64,000 bases of DNA, taken from Octopus vulgaris (taxonomy: Eukaryota). Position 1 is the first letter of the stretch, and each line of letters begins with the position of its first letter. Under the pieces are notes generated by a model. It searched no databases, had not been told where the DNA came from, and saw only the letters and a list, made by a program, of their open reading frames with translations. Location: NCBI GenBank assembly GCA_951406725.2, contig OX597815.1:58094001-58158000 (forward strand). The letters run 5' to 3'. The translations under genes were made by a program, and so were the position numbers. Below are positions 54,978-64,000 of the stretch, one piece after another.

Positions 54978-55506
54978 TTTCTATATTCCTCATTTATTTC
55001 AGGGTATTTCCTTTTCTCCCAAAATTCCCTAAAACTTCGACTTCGTTTTTTCGGTATTTCCTGTTTCATTAAGTTTTTATTTCGAACCACGTCCTGCCAT
55101 AGAAAATTCTCCCTCGTGGCGTCTCCTCTCTCTCTCCCTCCCCCTCTCCGATCTAACACACCAATCGTCCCCCCCCCCAACCCTTAATCTCTATAAACCA
55201 GCGTTTGCTCTGTCCTTGCCTCTACTCGATTCTCACTGCTTTGCTTCGGATGATAAACTCGGATCTCAGAAATGTGCAGCTAAGATATTTTGACGCTAAC
55301 CTTAGTTCATTACCGTTTAAGCGCTGATCTAACCCTAATATCTTCTCCCTCTATTATCTATCTCTCTATCTTCTTCCTCTCTCTATTTTTTATCTCTCTG
55401 TATTGTAAACATGATGCCGCTAGCTTCCTATTTGTCCTTTTCGATACATTTTCTATATTCCTCATTTATTTCAGGGTATTTCCTTTTCTCCCAAAATTCC
55501 CTAAAA
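54972..55506. repeat. 63-bp direct repeat 472 bp apart (pseudo-LTR-like)
   Basis: 54972-55034 equals 55444-55506. Confidence 0.75.
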
Positions 55507-55629
55507 TGATTTCGGCATTTGCTGTTTCGCGGTACGCCCGCCCTCCCACCCCCTCCACCCCGATCATATGGTGCAAAAAATGTAGTGTATGAAGGTTGTA
55601 GTCTAGTGTTTATTTATGAAATCTGCCTA

Positions 55630-56308
55630 TCGCAAGTCTTCTTTTCAGGTACATGACACTTCTGTCCCCCATCCCAGGGTCCCACAGGCCCACACCTCAC
55701 ACCCTCAGAGTTGGCACACTCAATGTTGGCACATTGAAAGGTAGGTCTGGTGAGATTGTCGAGCTGCTTGAACGGAGACGTGTGGATGTGTGCTGCATCC
55801 AAGAAGTAAGGTGGAGAGAAGGTTCCGCTAGGTTCCTCACAGGCAAGGAACACAGGTACAAGATTTTCTGGGCAGGGAACACTGACGGGGTCGGGGGCGT
55901 GGGTATACTTCTTGCGGAGAAATGGGTAGATAAAGTAATCGAGGTAGTCAGAGTAAGTGACAGAGTACTTAAGATTAGATTAGTGCTTCACCATAGGTCA
56001 GCTACCATCATCTCGGCATATGCCCCTCAACCAGGGCTACCGGAAGGACAGAAAGACCAATTCTACGACAGCCAATTACAAACTACCTCGTTGACAAACG
56101 ACAGTGACCTTCTATATGTGGCAGGTGACTTCAATGGACATGTTGGACGGCATGTCGGGGGCTTCCATAGCATACACGGGGGCTATGGTTTTGGTTCTCG
56201 CAATGAGGAGGGAACCAGGCTGCTGGAGTTCTGCGATGCAAATGACCTTATGATTTGCAATACCAGCTTCAGGAAACCCACCTCTCACCTAGTCACTTAC
56301 CGTTCTGG
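55630..56308 (+). mobile_element. RTE LINE APE endonuclease, 3'-truncated
   Basis: GTLNVGTL, CIQEVRW, GVGILL, SAYAPQ, GDFNGHVG, ICNTSF in an open frame. Confidence 0.9.
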
Positions 56309-56330
56309 TAAGTGTATATGTATATGTATA

Positions 56331-56376
<46 letters not shown>

Positions 56377-56377
<1 letters not shown>

Positions 56378-57668
56378 GAGGGGCGTTCAATAAGTAATGC
56401 CTCTGACCCACTTGCCGTTGTTTGATCTAGCTGAAATTTTGCATGTGCAATTATTTATATTTCTATAAATTACGTGGCAAATTACAGCTCCGAACTAATT
56501 GTGGTTTCTGATTTACAGGTGTTTGAAATGAGTCAAGTGGGAAATGGAGCCTGTTGAGTGTCGAGCAGTGATCCGGTTTTTGTATTTGAAATGACGCACA
56601 CCACAGGAGACTTTTGATGAAATGAAAGTAACTTATAGTGATGATGCCCCATCATATGACCTTGTTAAAAGCTGGCATCGTGAATTCAAATATGGTCGGA
56701 ACTCTGTGGAAACAGCTCCCAGATCTGGTGGCACCCCTTCTGCCATTGATGAAGCATCTGTCTGTCAAGTTGAGGCTGCCATTTTGAAAGATCGACGCAT
56801 AACTATTCGCCAAATAGCCCATGAGGTCAAGATTAATACCGGGTCTGTGGAAACTATCATTCATGACTATTTGCATTTGCAAAATGTGTCTGCCAGATGG
56901 ATTCCCAGGTTTCTCACACTTTTCCAGAAGCAAGCACGCGTCGAGTGCTCGAGGATGAATTTAGGGATGTGCCAAGAAGATGAGTCAAAATTTTTCAAAA
57001 GACTGATTACACAGGATGAGACCTGGGTCCATCACTATGATCCAGAGACCAAAGCCCAGTCAATGGAGTGGAAGCACCATGATTCACCTCCTCCAAAGAA
57101 GGCAAGGGTGCAGCCCTCCGCTGGCAAAGTCATGCTCACAGTCTTCTGGGACCAGGACGGAGTAGTGATGACAGATTTCCTGGCAAAGGGTACCACAATT
57201 ACAGGAGCCTATCATGCTTCACTTTTGAGGAAATTAAGAGAAGCTATCAAAACCAAGAGGCGGGGCAAGATCAGCAAAGGCATCCTCCTCTTGCAGGACA
57301 ATGATCCGGTCCACAACTCGCATGTCGCCAGATCAGAAGCACAGGCGTGTGGCTATGAACTATTCCCCCATCCCCCTACTCTCCTGACCTTGCACCCTCT
57401 GATTTTCACCTCTTCCCAGCCATGAAATTGTTTTTGAAAGGAAAGCATTTCCCAGATGATGCGGCCTTGATTTCTGAAGTCACGTCGTGGTTGGAGGACC
57501 AAGCTGGGGTTTTCTACGAAAACGGTCTCCAGAGCTGCATCAAACGATGGGAGAAATGCGTAACTCTGGGTTGTTCCTATGTAGAAAAAGACTAATACCT
57601 ATGCCAAGTTTCGTTGCTCTACTGCTATGGGAAGTGGGTCAGGGGCATTACTTATTGAATGCCCCTCG
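56377..57668 (+). mobile_element. mariner (DD34D-type) transposon, full length, one stop and one frameshift
   Basis: TIRs of about 37 bp (cgaggggc.ttcaataagtaatgcc), TA flanks; ATG at 56544, WIPRFL, TQDETWV, QDN, YSPDLAPSD after a frameshift, stop at about 57595. Confidence 0.95.
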
Positions 57669-57676
57669 TATATATG

Positions 57677-57719
<43 letters not shown>

Positions 57720-57729
57720 ATATATATAC

Positions 57730-57774
<45 letters not shown>

Positions 57775-58101
57775 CATATATATATATGTATATATATACA
57801 TATATATATATGTATATATACATATATATATATATGTATATATATACATATATATGTATATATGTATATATATACATATATATGTATATATGTATATATA
57901 TACATATATATGTATATATGTATATATATACATATATATGTATATATATATATGTATATATATACATATATATGTATATATATATATGTATATATATATA
58001 TATGTATATATATACATATATATGTATATATATATATGTATATATATACATATATATGTATATATATATATGTATATATATACATATATATGTATATATA
58101 T
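57669..58101. repeat. Compound (TA)n/TATG/TACA microsatellite, one of many
   Basis: Seen directly; similar tracts at 35005-35170, 45325-45590, 54140-54570 and 63138-63330. Confidence 0.95.
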
Positions 58102-58139
58102 CCAAGATGGCGCCAAACAAACAAGTCGAGTAAATTTAC

Positions 58140-58310
58140 CTCTCCAAAAGTTTAGAAGAACCTTCAAGAGATCGATGTTATCAGAAGTGAATTTTGTCTG
58201 TAAAGCAAATATAAGTGAGAGTACGACAAGACACTGTATTTGAGAAGAATATTTTCGCTTTTGATGTAGTATATGCAACTAAAACATACCTCGCAAAGAA
58301 CCGAAGACAT
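58140..58310 (-). other. Candidate first two exons of an unidentified small gene (58310-58290 and 58197-58140)
   Basis: ATG..GAG|GTATGT, 92-nt intron, tttgctttacAG acceptor, GAG|GTAAAT donor; reads [26 protein letters not shown]; no homology recognised. Confidence 0.35.
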
Positions 58311-58719
58311 GTGCTAAAGCCACGTGTTTGAAAGCCTCTGAAAAGCTACTTCTTGATATCGAATCGCTCAAATATTAAATTCGCAAACTGATCAAAACAT
58401 GAAAACAAACCATAAAATATTGCATCTACGAACATCAGAATTCTTTTCTTTTCTTTTGTTTACAAAATGCAAGTAAAGAATACGGGAATATTGAAGGTTT
58501 GTCTTTTATATCTTTCGTTCTTCTAAAACAGAGTGAAAGTAAGTGTTCTCTCAACCAGAAGGTAAGAAAAAAATATTCTTTATTATTATTAATTATCAGC
58601 GATCTTACGGTTCTAAGATCACCCAATAATCCCCAGATATAATCGTGATTATAGATTACGCTATTTTTATTTTTAAACGCACGTGTCTTTGTATATAAAT
58701 TCGTCCGTGATACAGTGTG

Positions 58720-61700
58720 TTTTCTTCTCTCAATCCTGACTATCTGTGTAACCTGCCTTACTCTTTCTATCTCTTTCTTACAATTCTCCCCTCCTTTTCT
58801 GTCTCTCCCTCCCTCAGACCCTCTATTCCGCTCTCTCATCTCTCTCTCCCTCTCTCTGCCATCGTTTCTCTTTCTGCATCCCCCCCCCCCGCTCTCTCTT
58901 AGATCAACTTTCTCACATCTCACCCCCTCTCTGTTCCTCTACTTCACTCATTCTCTCTTGTATCTCTCTCTCCTTCTCTCTCTTTTACTCTCTCTCTCTC
59001 TTCTCTCTGCTCCTTCTCAGGTCAAACCCCTTTCTCTCTTCTCCTCCTTCTGTCCCCTTCTTTCTCTACACCACCCTCTCTGTCCCTTTACTACACTCTC
59101 TTGCACCTCTATCCCTCCCCTCTCCCCATTTTCTTCTTACCTCTCCTCTCCCTGCTCCCTCTAAAGTTCTCAGGTCAACCATCATATCTTCCCTTCTCTC
59201 TCTGTTCCTCTATTTCATTCTCACTGTATCTCAGGCGAAAATGTCAAGGAACTGGTCTGCGAGGGAGTTGCAATTGTTCGTCCACACCTGGGAGATTGCC
59301 GAGGGCGATTTGCCAAACAATATCATTGCAGCGGCGCTTAAGAGCAATGATTTCTCGAGGACCACCGCCTACATAAAGTGAAAGAAACGAGAATTCCTCT
59401 GTTCATACGCCCTAATCAGGCAACACATGGACACTCTGGACATCATCCTAGGAGGTGACTGCACCAGGGAAGACCAAAAGGATGGAGATAACATCCAGTA
59501 CCCAACAAAAGACACAACTAAGAAACCTGCAACCAAGGAAAACAATGGTACATGTCCAGCTCCCAACACAACTGAAGACCAAAGAGGTGCGATGGCCGCA
59601 AAAAAAGGAAAGCACCCTAAAATCGACTGAAAACGAGGTAAAAGACAAGAAAACCAAAACAAACATTGTTCAGAAAAAAACAGAAGAACCCTTGCAAGGG
59701 CAAAAGCAGAAACATCTGCAAATTCTACCTGAAGGGAGACTGCCGGCATGGTGTCGAAGGTGCAAACTGTCGTTTTGCACATCAGAAGCCCTGCCAAAAT
59801 CCCATGGACTCAAGACAAAAATCACTCCCTCAGGGAGAACAAAAAAAGGAAAAACGGCGCACTGACCTGAAAGACGATATGCGGATGTAGTGTGCGGTCC
59901 AAAAAAGATACTGCATAGCCCAACAAATGGCCAGCTTCACCCAGATGTGAGAAGGGCTGCAGCTGAACAGCAATCTTTTTTGTGCATGGCACAAAAAATT
60001 GTTCAGCAGCTGACCTGGCTACAAACACAAAGCTGGAACTCCCACCACATAAGGCCACCACCAACAGATGCAGAATGGCCACCACAGACACCAACACACA
60101 CACCACAAAAATATTTCTACTGAATGTAGGAGGGCTGCTGCGTGGCAACTGCAAAAGGAAAATCTCATTCCTGAGAGACCTTGTGGCATGCAATCAAGCT
60201 ATATGCATGGCACTCATGGAAACGCATCTTGGACCCGATATAAGGGATGCAGGAATACACATACCACAATATGCTGTCATACGCTCAAATAGAAAAGGGA
60301 GGAGCCATGGTGGAGTGGCATCCGAGATGACCTCACACCCCAGGTCCTGTTGTCATATGCAAATTCAGTGTGTGACACTCAAATTGTACACATAAGACAA
60401 CTGAATATCGTCATATGTACTACATATTGCCCACCGGATGCCCCAAATCACACAGGCATGTTTGAAGACTGCCTAACAAAAATAGAAGTTCTCACCAACC
60501 TGAAACAACACAACAGTGTATTCTTCATGGGTGACTTTAACATCCTCAATGTGGAATGGCCTGGGGGGCAGAAGCTCCGAGGGATGACACACCATCAGCA
60601 AGCACAGGCAGAGTCCCTGTTCCATCTCACAAATGCCTCTTTCATGGAGCAAATAGTGCTGCAACCAACACGGGCAGATAATATACTGGATCTCTACTTC
60701 ACAAACAATATGGATATTATCCATAATGTTAAAGTGATGCCGACTATGATCTCAGATCACAACATAATAGAGCTGTCTATGTATGGACGAAAAGCCCCCG
60801 CAGACACACAGCCTATACGAAGCATCCACAATGTCTCCAACTTAAACTTTCGTAAAGCAAATTGAAAGTTGATCGAGAAAGAGATCCTCAAACAGGATTG
60901 GCCTAAATATCTCTCCACACCGGACATTGACATGAAACACAAACACTTCATGTCCATAATACAAGCCATATGTGACAAATATGTCCCAGTGTGCAGGGCC
61001 AGCACACAAAAACAAAAACAGGATCCCTAGAGAAAGGAGGATTCTCATGAGACGATGGACAAGGATTGTGAACCGCCTGAGCAAGCACACCAAAAGTGGT
61101 GAGAAGTCTCGGCTTGAGAGAATGCTAATGGAAATTGAGAAAAGTCTGCATCAGTCTCATGAAAAGGAGAGAGCAGATAAAGAAGCTTGGGTAATAGAAA
61201 ATATAACGTCAAACCCTAAAGCTTTCTTTAAGTTTGCCAAAGAGACAGCCACAGTGCACCAGAGAATAGGACCTCTCTTCTAAAAAGATGGCTCCCTCAC
61301 AGGAAATTCCACGAGGATAAGTGAAATACTGAATGAACAGTTCCAAAGTGTGTTCACTAAATCTCTAGGACACAGGCAAGTAAACAACCCAGAAGAATTC
61401 TTTGCCACTTTACCTGCGGCCAAAGAGGCAAAAATTGAGTACATCAACATTGAAGATGATGATATCACACTGGCCATAGATGAGATTGACACAAACTCAG
61501 CTGCTGGACCTGATGGATTTCCAGCGATCCTTCTCAAATCATGCAAATGAGCCCTTGCAAAACTGCTACAGCTTCTTTTTCAGAGCTTTCTTGCAAGTCG
61601 TAAGCTCCCAGTCAAATTGAAAGAGGGGGTAATATGCCCTATCCATAAGAGAGGTAGCAGAGCAGATGCTAAAAATTTAGGCCTATCTCTCTGACCTCGC

Positions 61701-63120
61701 ACATCAGCAAAGTCATGGAATGAATAGTCCGCAAGAAACTAATCATGTTCCTCAAAGAAAATGACTTTCTGACTGACACCCAGCATGGATTTTGAACAGG
61801 TAGCAGCTGCCTAACACAGCTCCTGCAACACTATGACTGGGTGTTAAAACAGCTACTAAATGGCTCAAATGTGGATGTGATATATCTCGACTTTGCAAAA
61901 GTCGAGATAAAGTCAACCACGGTATGATTTGTCACAAACTGCGTGGTCTCTGCACAAGCGGAAAACTTGGAGAGTGGCTGCACAACTTCCTAAAAGATAG
62001 AAGGCAGGCATTTGTGATCAATGGAGCCACCTCCAGGGAAACACAAATAGCAAGCAGTGTTCCACAGGACACTGTCTTGGGGCCACTGCTGTTCATAGTG
62101 ACCCTTTCAGACTTGCCCTCAGTTGCTAAGATTGCCACTCTTGCTCGCTATGCAGATGACACAGAAGTCTCCCACACAATACAAAACCCTGAAATTATTG
62201 CACATCTGCAACAGGAGTTGGATACAATATACAGGTGGGCTGAGGACAACAACATGCAGTTTAATGCAGATAAGTTCCAGGCCCTGCGCTACCGGCACAC
62301 AAAGGTAAACGACATGCAGACTGGATACACTGGCCCAGGAAGAATTGCAATCCCTGAGTCAAAATCAGTGCATGACCTGGGTATTGACATGAGCAATGAT
62401 GCACCTTTCCAAGTGCATATTGCTAATTTGGTGATAAAATGCAGACGGCTAGCTGAATGAATTCTCTGAACTTTCAGAACAAGAGAGAAGGAGACACTGA
62501 GGGTCCTCTGGAAAACTTTCGTCCTCAGCCGCTTGCACTACTGCTCCCAACTATGGCCACCACAGAATATAAAACTAACAGCAGAACTCGAAGCAATTCA
62601 AAGAAGCTGCACAAAGAAGATCGTCTGAATGCAAAATATCAGCTACTGGGAAAGACTGAAAGTATTAAAATTCTTCTCCCTTGAGCGAAGGCAGGAGAGA
62701 TATTTGGTGATATACATCTGGAAAATCCTGGAGGGTCTTGTCCCAAACTTTGGCATTCAAAGTTACCCCAACCGCAGAACGGGGCGCCACTGCATGGTGC
62801 CAAAGATTCCAACATCACCATCAAAATACAGGACCAGATACAGCCACAGCTTGGGTTTCAGAGGACCACATCTCTTTAACATCCTCCCTAAATGCCTGAG
62901 AGACTTGCATGGTGTGGATGTGGGTTTCTTTAACACTAAACTGGGTCTCTTCTTGTCGGGGGTCCCAGATGAACCTACCTCACGACAGGAGACACAGATG
63001 CGGGCAGCAGCATTGAATTCCCTTGTTTACAAAGTGCCACGTATCAGGTGGATTCACATATTAGTGTAGCTCATTCACCGGTGGTGCCCCAGCATGTCTG
63101 CAGCCTTCAGGCTGAAACAT
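58720..63120 (+). mobile_element. CR1-group LINE, near full length
   Basis: CT-rich 5' region, ORF1 CKFYLKGDCRHG..CRFAH, APE (LNVGGL, ETHL, GGVA, GDFN, SDHN), RT (YADD), 3' tail. Confidence 0.92.
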
Positions 63121-63162
63121 TTTTAAGGATTTAAGGATATATATGTATATATACATATATGC

Positions 63163-63199
<37 letters not shown>

Positions 63200-63231
63200 T
63201 ATGTACATATATATATGTATATATACATATA

Positions 63232-63279
<48 letters not shown>

Positions 63280-63539
63280 CATATATAAACATATATACAT
63301 ATATAAACATATATACATACATATACATATATCAAACTAAGGTTATAGAACAAACAAATGCAAGGTCATCAACATAACATTTCATAACTCGAACATTTAC
63401 TCATAGAATATACATTTAAACATCATGGAAGATGGAACATAACTCATCTGTACAAGCATATAAGAAAGTGTGAGAAAAAATGTGTGAATACAGTTCATCA
63501 CGGTTAAAAGCTAATACTTTAGCAATCAAGAAAAATATA

Positions 63540-64000
63540 TTTTTTAAAAAAACCATTACAACACTTAGAAAGTAAATACGGTTTGCTTCTGTACTTGGCT
63601 GTTTCATCTTTTGGTTTTGTTTGAGTTTTAGTTTTTCCTTCTTTGGCTGTTTCATCTTTTGTTTTTCTTTTAGTTTTTCCTCCTTTTACTTCTTTGTTGG
63701 CTCTTTCATCTCCATGGTTTTAGCTTTTGGTGCTGGTAGGGGCACTTGCACTTGGGTTTACTTCCCGGCCAGGTTTCTCATTTGAATCTTCTTTGTTGTC
63801 CTTGGTGTCTACCAAGTGGGGGTGACATCTTTCATCAGCACCCGTGCCTCCATCCTTGCCATCTTTACTTTGTTCATTGTCAAAGATGGCATCAAGCGTG
63901 TTGATGTGGGATCTTATGAGTGCATAGGAGTGTATAAACTGCTTCTTTCGCTCTATCTGTGCTAACGTCCTTGTGTATCCATTGCTCTTCAGTGCAGCTG
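63540..64000 (-). mobile_element. ORF1 fragment of the same CR1-group LINE family
   Basis: AALKSNGYTRT..FIHSYALIRSHINTLD matches the ORF1 pieces at about 41490 and 59330. Confidence 0.75.

Noticed and set aside
55653-57425. Host genes such as CFDP2 or SETMAR
   Set aside because: A plain RTE endonuclease and a TIR-bounded mariner with a stop and a frameshift; no host domain is fused.

Overview
AT-rich, transposon-saturated eukaryotic DNA, most likely an octopus (inferred from the SINE families, RTE/CR1-group LINEs and dense (TA)n tracts). Most of the window is nested, mostly decayed mobile DNA: RTE, CR1-group, R4/Dong, Hero and Tx1-like LINEs, Penelope-like elements (PLEs), a Gypsy fragment and a solo LTR, mariner and DD37D transposons, a piggyBac MITE and tRNA-SINEs. 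The only host coding sequence I can recognise is one 85-bp + strand exon of NRBF2 (30027-30111), which the ORF track misses. The most notable non-coding signal is a set of at least five minimal type-I hammerhead ribozyme motifs with palindromic stem III in PLE-type termini; one (3204-3252, minus strand) has a compensatory G3-C8 swap in the catalytic core. Other points: a Dong element inserted at the (AAT)n linker of a PLE, an apparently exact 1328-bp tandem duplication, a 498-bp identical tract between inverted LINE copies, and CpG-rich unique islands with promoter motifs and a possible small spliced minus-strand gene. I found no evidence of a wholly new protein-coding system. All family calls are by eye, without database searches, and most element boundaries are approximate.
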